Under the pieces are notes generated by a model that saw nothing but the letters and a program-made list of their open reading frames with translations, ran no database searches and was not told where the DNA came from. Positions 55,140 to 64,000 of a DNA stretch of 64,000 bases are shown here, piece by piece; the stretch's first letter is position 1; every line of letters starts with the position of its first letter. A program made the translations under genes and the position numbers. Source of the stretch: Actinomycetota bacterium. GTDB lineage: Bacteria; Actinomycetota; Acidimicrobiia; Acidimicrobiales; CAIXPF01. The stretch lies in assembly GCA_034211175.1 (NCBI GenBank), contig JAXHUH010000257.1:5964-69963 (forward strand), read 5' to 3'.

Positions 55140-56759
55140 TCAGCCGACCTGGCGCGTGTGGCCGGTCCAGAAGGGGGCGCGGATGGCCTTCTTGTCGATC
55201 TTGCCGACGGCGGTGACGGGGAGGTCGTCGACGAAGTCGACGCGCTTGGGGGTGTGAGCCGGGCCCTTGGCGTCGCGGACCAGTGACTTCAGCGCACTGG
55301 CGAGCTCCTCACGGGAAGCGTCGGCTCCGGGCTTCAGCGTCACCACGGCGGTCACGGCCTCGCCCCAGCGGTCGTCGGGGGCGCCGACCACGGCGGCCAT
55401 CGCAACGGCCTGGTGGGCGGTCAGCACGTCCTCGATCTCGCGGGGGTAGATGTTGAAGCCGCCGCTCACGACCATGTCCTTCGCCCGGTCGACGATGTAG
55501 AGCCGGCCCTCCTCGTCCTGCCTCGCGACATCATCGGTGTGGAGCCAGCCGTGGCGGAACGCCTGCGCGGTCAGCTCGGGCTGGTCGAGGTACTCGTCCA
55601 TCACGTACGGGCTGCGCACGCAGATCTCGCCCGTCTCGCCCGTCGGGACCTCGTTCCCATCGGGGTCCAACAGCGTCACCTCGCACGACGCCACCGGTGA
55701 TCCGCACGACGAGTAGAGGTCGGGCCGGTCGGTGCGGTGGTCCTCCTTCGCCAGCACGCTTATCGGGTAGCACTCGGTCTGCCCGTAGAGCTGGGAGAAC
55801 ACCGGGCCGATCCGCTCCAGCCCCTCAGCGAGCCTCGCCGGCGCCATCGGCGACGCCCCGTAGAGCAGCAGCTCGAGGCTCGCCAGCGCGCGGCCCGACC
55901 CCGCTGCCGACCGGTCGAGCGCCTCGTGGTCGAGCAGCGTGTAGATCATCGTCGGCACCAGCAGCGTCATCGTGATCCGCGCCTCGTCGATCAGGTGGAT
56001 CACCCGCTCGGGGTCGAACCCGTTCTGCAGGTACACGGTCCCGCCCCGCACCAACGTCGGCAGCACCTTCGAGCCGGCGACGTGGCTGATCGGCGCCACC
56101 GCCAGGAACCTCGGCCGCTCCGGCAGCTCGAAGTCCGACAGGATCGCCACCGTCGATGGCCCGAGCGACGAGTGGCGCCGCATCGCACCCTTCGACCGGC
56201 CGGTGGTGCCGCCCGTGTAGTTGATCACGGCCACGTCCTCGGGTCGGGCCAGGTCCTGGTGGCGGGCCGGGCCGACGGCGGCGATCGCCGCGGTGAGGTC
56301 GACGCCGTAGTCGGCCGGGTCCAACGTGAACGTGGTGGCGACCGCGTCGGCGAGGTGGCTGCCCCGCTCGCCGAACGCGGCGACGTCGACGACGAGCGCG
56401 TCGGCGCCGGCGTCGGCGAGCTGGAAGCGTTGGTCGTCGAGCGAACCGAGCGGGTGGAGCGCCGTGGTCCGCATCCCCAGGCCCTGGGCGGCGGTCGTCG
56501 CACACCACGTGCCCGCCCGGTTGCCGGCCAGCAACGCCAGGCACGCACCCCGCCCCAAGCCCCGTGAGGCGAACACCGCCTGCATCCGGGCGATCGTCTG
56601 CTCGGCCTCGGCGTAGGTCATCGAGCCGCCGTCCCACTCGAACGCCACCCTCGACGGATGACGGCGCAACGCCCGGACGGCGAGCGCCGGTGTCGTCGGC
56701 GTGGCGGCGGGACGGGCCGTCGGTGCGGCGCTCGTCGACGGCGTGTCGGTCGAAGTCAT
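55140..56759 (-). CDS. Acyl-CoA synthetase (AMP-binding enzyme)
   Basis: YTGGTTGRSKG, YGQTE and GKIDKK motifs; TGD motif reads TDD. Confidence 0.92.
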   Translation of the reverse strand: MTSTDTPSTSAAPTARPAATPTTPALAVRALRRHPSRVAFEWDGGSMTYAEAEQTIARMQAVFASRGLGRGACLALLAGNRAGTWCATTAAQGLGMRTTALHPLGSLDDQRFQLADAGADALVVDVAAFGERGSHLADAVATTFTLDPADYGVDLTAAIAAVGPARHQDLARPEDVAVINYTGGTTGRSKGAMRRHSSLGPSTVAILSDFELPERPRFLAVAPISHVAGSKVLPTLVRGGTVYLQNGFDPERVIHLIDEARITMTLLVPTMIYTLLDHEALDRSAAGSGRALASLELLLYGASPMAPARLAEGLERIGPVFSQLYGQTECYPISVLAKEDHRTDRPDLYSSCGSPVASCEVTLLDPDGNEVPTGETGEICVRSPYVMDEYLDQPELTAQAFRHGWLHTDDVARQDEEGRLYIVDRAKDMVVSGGFNIYPREIEDVLTAHQAVAMAAVVGAPDDRWGEAVTAVVTLKPGADASREELASALKSLVRDAKGPAHTPKRVDFVDDLPVTAVGKIDKKAIRAPFWTGHTRQVG

Positions 56760-56820
56760 CTGCGAATCCCCCCTGGCGTCATCGACCGGCGAGCCCCCGA
56801 GTGCCTCGCCGGCAGACGAA

Positions 56821-56953
56821 TCGAACGATCGTTAGATTACCGATCGGCGCCGACCGGGGCAGGCCGACCGCACCAGGGGAGCGAGCCCGGCAGTCAGGCG
56901 CGACGACGCGGTTGCGCCCGGGTCCCACTCGCCATATTCTAATCGCGATTCGA
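56821..56953. promoter_or_regulatory. Two putative operators, TCGAACGATCGTTAGA (56821-56836, +) and TCGAATCGCGATTAGA (56938-56953, -) (sites 4 and 5)
   Basis: In the divergent CoA-ligase/Rieske oxygenase intergenic region. Confidence 0.5.
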
Positions 56954-56976
56954 GAATGTTGGTGCAGGGGGAGCGC

Positions 56977-58176
56977 ATGCGTCACGAACGCCAGGTCCAG
57001 CTGCTGGAGCGGGTGGCCGCCGCCGGCCCGCACCTGGAGGGGCTGCACGCACCGGCGAGCATGACCGCGCCGGCCAGCGCCTACACCGACCCGCAGCGCT
57101 TCGCCGACGAGATGCGGCTGCTGTTCCGGCCCGGCCCGGTGCTCGTCGGCCTCTCCAGCGAGCTGGCCGGCGCCGGCTCGTACCGGGCGATCACCGTCGA
57201 CGGGATCCCGATCGTCGTTGTCCGCCAAGCCGACGGCACGCTGCGGGCGCTGGTCAACGCCTGCCGCCACCGGGGTGCCCCGCTCGTCGACACGGTCTCC
57301 GACGGCGACGGCCTCCGGGCGTTCAGCTGCCCGTACCACGCCTGGACCTACGAGCTCGACGGTGCGCTGCGGGCCCGCCCGATGTCGGCCGGGGCGTTCG
57401 ACGACGTCGCCGACGCGTGCTCGCTCCACCCGCTCCCGGTGGCCGAGCGGTACGGGCTGATCTTCGTGCGGCCGACCGGCACCGAGCCGATCGACGTCGA
57501 CGAGGTGCTCGCCGGCGCCCGGGACGACCTCGGGGCGTTCGGCCTCGGCGACTACGTCCACATCGACAGCCGGGTCAACACGTGGAAGATGAACTGGAAG
57601 CTCTTCTTCGACACGTTCACCGAGAGCTACCACATCCGCACGCTGCACCGGACCACGCTGGCGCCGACGTTCAACAGCGACACCGTGATCTTCGAGCCCC
57701 ACGGCCGCAACGCCCTCTCGATCGGCCTGCGCAAGGACGTGCTCGACGAGACGGCCAAGCCTCGCGACGAGTGGTCGCTGCTGCCCTACGGCACGATCCA
57801 GTACTTCCTGCTGCCCAACGCCCTGCTCGTCCACCAGCTCGACCACCTCGAGCTGTGGCGGGTCGAGCCGATCGACGTCGGCACCGTGCGCACCACGACC
57901 TCGCTGTTCGCCCCGACCGAGCCCCACAGCGAGCGGGCCCGCAACTACTTCGTGAAGAACCTCGACCTGCTCCTCCAGGTGACCGGCACCGAGGACTTCC
58001 CCCTCATGGAGCGGATCCAGACCAACCTCGCCTCCGGCGCCCTGCCCGAGGTCATCTACGGGCGCAACGAGCCGCCGCTCATCCACTTCCACCGCTCGGT
58101 CGCCGAGGCGCTCGCCGCCGGCCGGGCCGCCGAGCAGCACGCCACCAACGGGCACGCCCAGAAGGTCGAGGTCTGA
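56977..58176 (+). CDS. Rieske non-heme iron oxygenase alpha subunit (alternative start 56956)
   Basis: NACRHRG...CPYHAW Rieske cluster; NWK, ESYH...H and ED iron ligands. Confidence 0.93.
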   Translation: MRHERQVQLLERVAAAGPHLEGLHAPASMTAPASAYTDPQRFADEMRLLFRPGPVLVGLSSELAGAGSYRAITVDGIPIVVVRQADGTLRALVNACRHRGAPLVDTVSDGDGLRAFSCPYHAWTYELDGALRARPMSAGAFDDVADACSLHPLPVAERYGLIFVRPTGTEPIDVDEVLAGARDDLGAFGLGDYVHIDSRVNTWKMNWKLFFDTFTESYHIRTLHRTTLAPTFNSDTVIFEPHGRNALSIGLRKDVLDETAKPRDEWSLLPYGTIQYFLLPNALLVHQLDHLELWRVEPIDVGTVRTTTSLFAPTEPHSERARNYFVKNLDLLLQVTGTEDFPLMERIQTNLASGALPEVIYGRNEPPLIHFHRSVAEALAAGRAAEQHATNGHAQKVEV

Positions 58177-58178
58177 TC

Positions 58179-59252
58179 ATGGACGTCGGGATCCAGGCGC
58201 TGTTCGCCAGCCACGGCTGGGACGACACCGTGACCGACGGGCAGGTCTACCGGGAGGACACGAAGCTCGCGCTGCTCGCCGAGGAGCTCGGCTTCGACGT
58301 CGTCTGGGCCGTCGAGCACCACTTCTTCGACTACTCGTTCTGCCCCGACAACACCACCTGGCTGGCGTCGATCGCGGCGAGGACCGAGCGCATCGACGTC
58401 GGCACCGCGGCGGTGATCATGCCGTGGAACGAGCCGCTGCGGGTCGCCGAGAAGATCGCCCTCCTCGACCACATCGCCGAGGGCCGCCTCCGCTTCGGCA
58501 TGGGCCGGGGCCTGAGCCGCCGGGAGTTCGCCAACTTCCGGGGCATCGAGATGGACGAGTCCCGCGAGCGCTTCGACGAGGGCTCGGCCATGGTCGTCGA
58601 GGCACTCGAGACCGGCACCATCCGGGGTGACGGGCCGTTCTACCCGCAGCCGCCGGCACCGATCCGCCCGGCGCCCGAGCGCTCGTTCATCGGCCGCACC
58701 TACGCGGTGGCCAGCTCCGACGACTCCCTCGAAGCCGCCGCCCGGATCCGGGGCGCGATGGTCATGTTCGCCGACCGCTCCTGGAAGGGCCGACTGCCGT
58801 CGGTCGAGAAGTGGCGCTCGATGTTCCGCGAGTTCCACGACGCCGAACCGCCCCCGCCGCTGATCTGCGACTTCGTGTACTGCCACCCCGACGCCGCCAC
58901 CGCGGCCGAGAAGGGCCCGGGCTACATCGCCACCTACCTCGAGAGCGTGCTCGAGCACTACGAGATCATGGGCGACCACTTCGCCGACATGAAGGGCTAC
59001 GAGGCCTACGCCGGCGCCTCCGGGGCGCTGCGCCGCATGGGTGCGTCGGGCTTCCTCGAGGGGTTCCTCGACGCCACCGCCCACGGCACACCCGAGCAGG
59101 TGATCGAGAAGTACCGGGCCCGGTGGGAGCTGCTCGGCCCGTTCGAGGCGGCGCCCGCGTTCCGCTTCGGCGGCATCCCCTACGAGGAGGCCGAGGCCAG
59201 CATGCGGCTGTTCGCCGCCGAGGTCCTGCCCGAGATCCGGTCCTGGACCTGA
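58179..59252 (+). CDS. LLM-class flavin-dependent oxidoreductase
   Basis: AEELGFDVVWAVEHHF, GRLRFGMGRG and FAAEVLPE motifs. Confidence 0.93.
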   Translation: MDVGIQALFASHGWDDTVTDGQVYREDTKLALLAEELGFDVVWAVEHHFFDYSFCPDNTTWLASIAARTERIDVGTAAVIMPWNEPLRVAEKIALLDHIAEGRLRFGMGRGLSRREFANFRGIEMDESRERFDEGSAMVVEALETGTIRGDGPFYPQPPAPIRPAPERSFIGRTYAVASSDDSLEAAARIRGAMVMFADRSWKGRLPSVEKWRSMFREFHDAEPPPPLICDFVYCHPDAATAAEKGPGYIATYLESVLEHYEIMGDHFADMKGYEAYAGASGALRRMGASGFLEGFLDATAHGTPEQVIEKYRARWELLGPFEAAPAFRFGGIPYEEAEASMRLFAAEVLPEIRSWT

Positions 59253-59260
59253 GCCGGCCG

Positions 59261-59785
59261 ATGACGCCCGACGAACTGGCGGCCCGGGCCTCGATCCGGG
59301 TTGCGATCGAGACCTACACCAGCGCCGGCGACCGGGGCGCGCTCGACGAGCTGACCAGCGCGTTCACCGCAGACGGGCGGCTCGAGCTGTTCGGCCGGGT
59401 GTGCATCGGCCGGGCCGCCATCGCCGACGCGCTCGGCCGGGTGGTCGACCCCCGCTGCACCGGGCCCGACCGGCGGCCACTCGGCTTCCTCCGCCATCAC
59501 CTCACGTCGTCGAAGGTCGACCTCGACGACGACGGCCGCAGCGCCCGGGGCTGGACGTACTTCCTCGTCCTCACCCCGATCGGGCTCGACCACGGCGGCG
59601 TCTACGTCGACCGGTTCGTGCCCGACGGCGACCGCTGGGCGATCGCCGAGCGCCGGATCAAGGTCGACTGGGCCGACCCGCGCTCGCTGGTCCTCGCGTC
59701 GCAGGTCACCGGCGGATGGCTGCCGTGGGGCTGGGCGACGCCGTCGACGACCCCCGCGACCTCGGTCCGGCGGTCCGCAAGCTGA
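59261..59785 (+). CDS. SnoaL-like/NTF2-fold protein
   Basis: FTADG, RHHLT and GVYVDRF...WAIAER motifs. Confidence 0.88.
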   Translation: MTPDELAARASIRVAIETYTSAGDRGALDELTSAFTADGRLELFGRVCIGRAAIADALGRVVDPRCTGPDRRPLGFLRHHLTSSKVDLDDDGRSARGWTYFLVLTPIGLDHGGVYVDRFVPDGDRWAIAERRIKVDWADPRSLVLASQVTGGWLPWGWATPSTTPATSVRRSAS

Positions 59786-59876
59786 TGGCCGACGCCCGGC
59801 CCAACTCCGACATGGACGGCCAGCCCGTCACCGGACCCGGCCACCCGACCCCGTGTTGACGGCGTCGGGGGACCCG

Positions 59877-60656
59877 GTGGCTGACAACGTCGAGGACGGA
59901 GGTGCGGCGCCGGCCGCGATCGTCACCGGCGCCGGCAGCGGGATCGGCCGGGCGACGGCGGTCGAGCTCGGTCGCCGCGGCCTGCACGTGGTTGCCGTGG
60001 GGAGGACCCGGGAGACGTTGGACGCGACGTGCGACGCCGTCCGCGGCGACGGCGGGAGCGCCGAGGCGGTGACCGCCGATGTCGGCGCCGATGACACCCC
60101 GGCGGCGGTCGTTGCCGCGCTCGGCGACCGCCGGGTGGGCGCGCTCGTCCACGCCGCGGCCCACCACGACCACCAGACGTTCGTCGACACCACGCCCGTC
60201 GCCTTCGACCGCCAGGTCGCGGTGAACCTGCGGGGCCCGTTCTTCCTGACCCAGGCGCTTGTGCCGCGCTTCGCCGACGGTGCCGGGGTCGTGTTCGTCG
60301 GCTCGATCACGTCCGAGCGGGCGAGGGACCACCACATCGCCTACGCGGCGACGAAGGCGGCCCTGCTCGGGCTGACCACGCACCTCGCCGCCGAGCTCGC
60401 GCCGGGCGTACGGGTGAACTGCGTCAGCCCCGGCGCGACGGCAACCGCGATGTTGAACGCCTACGTCGACGCGTCGACCGCCGGCTTGTCCGAGGACGAG
60501 CAACGGCGGCGGCGCATCACCGACAAGGCCCGACTGCTGCTCGGCCGGGTCGCCGACCCGTCGGAGGTGGCGGCGACGATCGTCCACCTCGCGCTCGACG
60601 CCACGGCGGTCACCGGCGTCGACGTCGCAGTGGACGTCGGCTACAAGGCCAGCTGA
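59877..60656 (+). CDS. Short-chain dehydrogenase/reductase
   Basis: TGAGSGIG, YAATK, VNCVSPG and VDVG motifs. Confidence 0.93.
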   Translation: MADNVEDGGAAPAAIVTGAGSGIGRATAVELGRRGLHVVAVGRTRETLDATCDAVRGDGGSAEAVTADVGADDTPAAVVAALGDRRVGALVHAAAHHDHQTFVDTTPVAFDRQVAVNLRGPFFLTQALVPRFADGAGVVFVGSITSERARDHHIAYAATKAALLGLTTHLAAELAPGVRVNCVSPGATATAMLNAYVDASTAGLSEDEQRRRRITDKARLLLGRVADPSEVAATIVHLALDATAVTGVDVAVDVGYKAS

Positions 60657-60695
60657 CGGTTCTCGCCCCGCCCCCCTCTCCTGACCCACCGCCAC

Positions 60696-60749
60696 CCGAA
60701 CTGGTCACCACAGCGGGCGTGGCGTGGTCGAGGTGGTGGCCAGAACGGC
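60696..60749. repeat. Single REP-like element related to the 18612-18757 copies
   Basis: CCGAACTGGTCACCA...TGGTGGCCAGAACGG termini between convergent genes. Confidence 0.55.
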
Positions 60750-60761
60750 GTGGCGGGGCTG

Positions 60762-61811
60762 TCAGGGGATGCCGGCGAGGCGCTTGCCGTCGGCGAGGCC
60801 GTCGATCACGCCCTGGCGGAGGCGATCGAGGTCGTTCGACTGCTCGCCCATCTGGCCGGACCGGTACCGGGTGTAGACCCCGGCGGCGATGCAGGCCGAG
60901 CGCCAGGCGTGGAACGCCATCCAGTAGTCGAGGTCGTCCATCGTCGTGCCGCTTCCCTGCTCGTAGCGCTCGACCAGCTCGTCCCGGGTCGGGAAGCCCT
61001 CGAGGTCGGACGGGACCTCCCGCGCCGGCTCGTCGGCCCTCCCCGCGGCACGGGCCGGGTCGGTCCACGACCTCAGCAGGTACGACAGGTCGGCGCCCGC
61101 CGGGCCGGTGCTGCACAGCTCCCAGTCCAGGAGTGCGGCGACCGTGCCGTCGGGGCGGTGGATGGCGTTGCCGAGGCGGAAGTCGCCGTGGACGATGCCC
61201 GGCTTCGCCTCCTCTGGCATGTTCTCGGTGAGCCAGTCGCGCAGGTCGACCATCCCGGTCAGGTCGCGCAGGTCGGACTTCTCCCACTGGCCGTGCCACC
61301 GTCGCAGCTGGCGCTCGACGTACGGCCGCGGCCGGGCCAGCTCACCGAGGCCGACCTCGTCGATGTCCACGGCATGGAGCGCCACCATCACGTCGACCAT
61401 CGAGAAGCCCGCGGCGCGTCGGGCCTCGGGCACCAGCGTGGCCGAGGCGGCGCGGTCGTGGAGCACCACGCCGCCGACGAAGTCCATGACGTAGAACGGG
61501 GCGCCGATCACGTCGACGTCGTCGCACGCGCCGACCGCGCTCGGCACCGGCACGTCGGTCGGGGCCAGCGCGGTGATGATCCGGTGCTCGCGCAGCACGT
61601 CGTGTGCGGTCGGCAGGACGTGGCCGAGCGGCGGCCGGCGCAGGACCCACCGGGGCCCGCCGGCGGGGGCGGCACCGTCGACGGTCCGGATCAGGTAGGT
61701 GAGGCACGAGTGGCCCCCCTCCACCATGGTCAGGTCCAGCTCGCCCACCTCGTCGACGTGGTTGGCGAACCAGGTCGTGAGCTCGTGTTGATCGACTCCG
61801 ACGGTGGGCAA
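60762..61811 (-). CDS. APH-family phosphotransferase (ACAD10/11 kinase-like)
   Basis: LRRPP....TAHDVLRE, HGDFRLGN and LLDWE motifs. Confidence 0.93.
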   Translation of the reverse strand: MPTVGVDQHELTTWFANHVDEVGELDLTMVEGGHSCLTYLIRTVDGAAPAGGPRWVLRRPPLGHVLPTAHDVLREHRIITALAPTDVPVPSAVGACDDVDVIGAPFYVMDFVGGVVLHDRAASATLVPEARRAAGFSMVDVMVALHAVDIDEVGLGELARPRPYVERQLRRWHGQWEKSDLRDLTGMVDLRDWLTENMPEEAKPGIVHGDFRLGNAIHRPDGTVAALLDWELCSTGPAGADLSYLLRSWTDPARAAGRADEPAREVPSDLEGFPTRDELVERYEQGSGTTMDDLDYWMAFHAWRSACIAAGVYTRYRSGQMGEQSNDLDRLRQGVIDGLADGKRLAGIP

Positions 61812-61884
61812 CGTGTTCCTCTCTCACCGGTCCCGCGTGCCGCCGAAGGCTTGCACCGTCCGCATCGTCCAGTCAATACCGAAC

Positions 61885-61913
61885 TTGACATCGGTTTCAG
61901 CCGTTGGTAGACC
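61885..61913 (+). promoter_or_regulatory. Putative housekeeping promoter TTGACA-N17-TAGACC overlapping a TGA-N8-TCA inverted repeat
   Basis: Upstream of CoA ligase 61999; a TetR gene follows the ligase. Confidence 0.5.
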
Positions 61914-61998
61914 CGGCAGCCTCACCGGGGGGTGATACCGGCCCCGCTCGGGGCCGGTGACCCCGGGGACGCCGGCAGGCTCGACCAGGGGGAATCCG

Positions 61999-63696
61999 AT
62001 GACCGCGCCACGTGACGAGGCGATTCGGGCGTTGACCGCACCGGGTGAGCCGTTCGAGCTCGAGGACGTCACCGTGCGGGGCCGGCAGCTGCGGGTGTTC
62101 AAGCACGCGCCGGCGACGATGCGCGACGTGTTCGAGTCGACCGCGGCGCACGGCGACCGCACGTGCCTCGTCTACCGCGACGAGCGCATCACCTTCGCCG
62201 AGCACCACGGCCTGGTCGGCGCGCTCGCCCACCACCTGCGGGCCGAGGGCATCGGCAAGGGCGACCGGGTCGGCATCGCCATGCGCAACTACCCCGAGTG
62301 GGTCACCTCGTTCTGGGCGACGCTGTGCCTCGGTGCCATCGCCGTGCCGCTCAACGCCTGGTGGCTCGGCTCCGAGCTCGAGTACGCCATCGAGGACTCC
62401 GGGCTGAAGGCCCTGCTCATGGACAACGAGCGGTGGAACCGGATCGGCGAGCGGGCGGTCGAGCTGGTCGACGGCCCGCTCATCGTCAGCCGCCAGCGCG
62501 ACCTCGACGCCCTCCCCGCCGGCGTTCGCTCGTGGGAGCAGCTGCGCGACGAGCTCGAACCGATGGGCCTGCCCGACGTCGACCTCGAGGCCGACGACCA
62601 CGCCACGATCCTCTACACCTCGGGCACGACCGGCCAGCCGAAGGGTGCGCTCGGCACCCACCGCAACCACGTCACCAACATCATGAACACGAGCTTCCTC
62701 GGCGCCGTCGCCGCCCACGTCGCCGGCACGACCCCGCCGGAGGACCCGCCCCAGCCGGCGTCGCTGCAGGTGTTCCCGTTCTTCCACATCGGCGGCCTGA
62801 CCGGGCTCTACACGGCGACGGCGTTCGGCTCGAAGCTGGTCACGATGTACAAGTGGGACCTCGACGAGGCGATCGACATCCTCGCCACCGAGCGCATCAC
62901 CAGCACCGGCATGGTCCCCACGCTGCTGCGGGAGCTCCTCGACTCGCCCCGCCTCGACGAGCTGCCGGCCGAGGCGCTCGCCGCCATCTCCTCCGGCGGT
63001 GCGTCCGTCCCGCCCGACCTGATCCGCCGCATCGAGACCCGGTTCGAGTCCCGGGTGTCGCCGGCCAACGGCTACGGGCTCACCGAGACCACCTCCGCCG
63101 TCGTCATCAACACCGGCGCCGACTACTTCGCCCACCCCGACAGCGTCGGGCGGCCCGCGCTCGGCGCGGAGGTCCGCATCGTCGACGAGGACGGCAACGA
63201 CCTGCCCGACGGCACGGTGGGTGAGCTGTGGGTCAACGGGCCGAACATCGTCGACGGCTACTGGAACAAGCCGGAGGCCACCGCCGAGTCGTTCACCGAC
63301 GGCTGGTTCCACACCGGTGACCTGGCCTTCCGTGACCCCGATGGCTACTACCACGTCGTCGATCGGCTGAAGGACGTCGTGATCCGCGGCGGCGAGAACG
63401 TCTACTCGAACGAGGTCGAGGCGACCCTGCTCGAGCACCCCGCGGTCGCCGACGTCGCGGTCATCGGCCTGCCCGACGAGCACTACGGCGAGGAGGTCGC
63501 CGCCGTCGTCAACCTCCGCCCGGGTGCCGAGGCGAGTGCGCTCGACCTCCAGGAGTTCACCGCCGCTCGCCTGGCCCGCTTCAAGGTGCCGACGACGGTC
63601 CTGTTCCGGGTCGAACCGCTGCCCCGCACGGCGACCGGCAAGGTGCTCAAGCGCGACCTGCGCGACGAGATCTCCTCCGCCGGCGTCGACGCGTGA
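61999..63696 (+). CDS. Long-chain acyl-CoA synthetase (AMP-binding enzyme)
   Basis: YTSGTTGQPKG, GYGLTE, WFHTGD and TGKVLK motifs. Confidence 0.95.
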   Translation: MTAPRDEAIRALTAPGEPFELEDVTVRGRQLRVFKHAPATMRDVFESTAAHGDRTCLVYRDERITFAEHHGLVGALAHHLRAEGIGKGDRVGIAMRNYPEWVTSFWATLCLGAIAVPLNAWWLGSELEYAIEDSGLKALLMDNERWNRIGERAVELVDGPLIVSRQRDLDALPAGVRSWEQLRDELEPMGLPDVDLEADDHATILYTSGTTGQPKGALGTHRNHVTNIMNTSFLGAVAAHVAGTTPPEDPPQPASLQVFPFFHIGGLTGLYTATAFGSKLVTMYKWDLDEAIDILATERITSTGMVPTLLRELLDSPRLDELPAEALAAISSGGASVPPDLIRRIETRFESRVSPANGYGLTETTSAVVINTGADYFAHPDSVGRPALGAEVRIVDEDGNDLPDGTVGELWVNGPNIVDGYWNKPEATAESFTDGWFHTGDLAFRDPDGYYHVVDRLKDVVIRGGENVYSNEVEATLLEHPAVADVAVIGLPDEHYGEEVAAVVNLRPGAEASALDLQEFTAARLARFKVPTTVLFRVEPLPRTATGKVLKRDLRDEISSAGVDA

Positions 63697-63720
63697 ACCC
63701 GCCAGCGGGGACACTGCCGC

Positions 63721-64000
63721 ATGGGTGATCACGGGGCACCTTCCCGCACGAGCGCGACGGCCGACGCAACGACGGCCGATGGTGCGACCGCGGACGACCC
63801 ACCGACCCGGCGGCGACGCGACCCCCGCCGGGCCCGGACGCGGCGGCGCCTGCTCGACGCCGGCCGGGAGGTGTTCGAGCGCGACGGGTTCCACCTCGCC
63901 AAGCTCTCCGACGTGACCAAGGGCGCCGGCGTGTCGACCGGCGCCTTCTACCACCACTTCGGGTCGAAGGAGGAGCTGTTCCGGGCGCTCGTCGACGAGG
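63721..64000 (+). CDS. TetR/AcrR family regulator; runs off the window end
   Basis: Manual translation TRRRLLDAGREVFERDGF...VTKGAGVSTGAFYHHFGSKEELF. Confidence 0.92.
   Translation, partial: MGDHGAPSRTSATADATTADGATADDPPTRRRRDPRRARTRRRLLDAGREVFERDGFHLAKLSDVTKGAGVSTGAFYHHFGSKEELFRALVDE

Noticed and set aside
56821-56836. LexA (SOS) box
   Set aside because: One mismatch from TCGAAC-N4-GTTCGA, but the four sister sites share TAGA rather than TTCGA and precede catabolic genes; treated as a separate operator, with LexA not fully excluded
301-63957. Many long antisense or alternative-frame ORFs (e.g. 301-2073, 5590-8103, 8558-11575, 33051-36083, 36374-38578, 61897-63957)
   Set aside because: Shadow ORFs of real genes caused by stop-codon scarcity at high GC

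Overview
High-GC (roughly 70-75% by eye) actinobacterial chromosomal segment, gene style suggesting Acidimicrobiia (inference). It holds about 60 CDSs: housekeeping genes (surE, proS, type-2 ileS, ribokinase, DsbB plus thioredoxin), a peptide/nickel-type ABC importer operon, several methyltransferases, an intact VapBC pair, a decayed toxin-antitoxin cluster, a DUF222-HNH gene and a long acyl-CoA/aromatic catabolic region (41-64 kb). No rRNA, tRNA, CRISPR array or IS transposase was seen. The most notable observations are: (1) a ~450-nt non-coding element between convergent genes (about 11290-11750) with 13 strand-specific GGCGG motifs, several in hairpin loops, resembling a CsrB/Rsm-type protein-sponge RNA with a different motif; (2) an operon in which an MscS-CNBD channel is flanked by two sensor-HAMP-class III cyclase proteins that both lack catalytic residues; (3) a processive GT2 polysaccharide synthase fused to a parallel beta-helix domain, next to a C-terminally truncated nucleotide-sugar dehydrogenase; (4) a TCGAAY-N6-TAGA motif shared by five sites upstream of catabolic genes; (5) a hypothetical protein with a GyrA C-gate-like segment. 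All family calls come from motif recognition by eye; no database searches were run.
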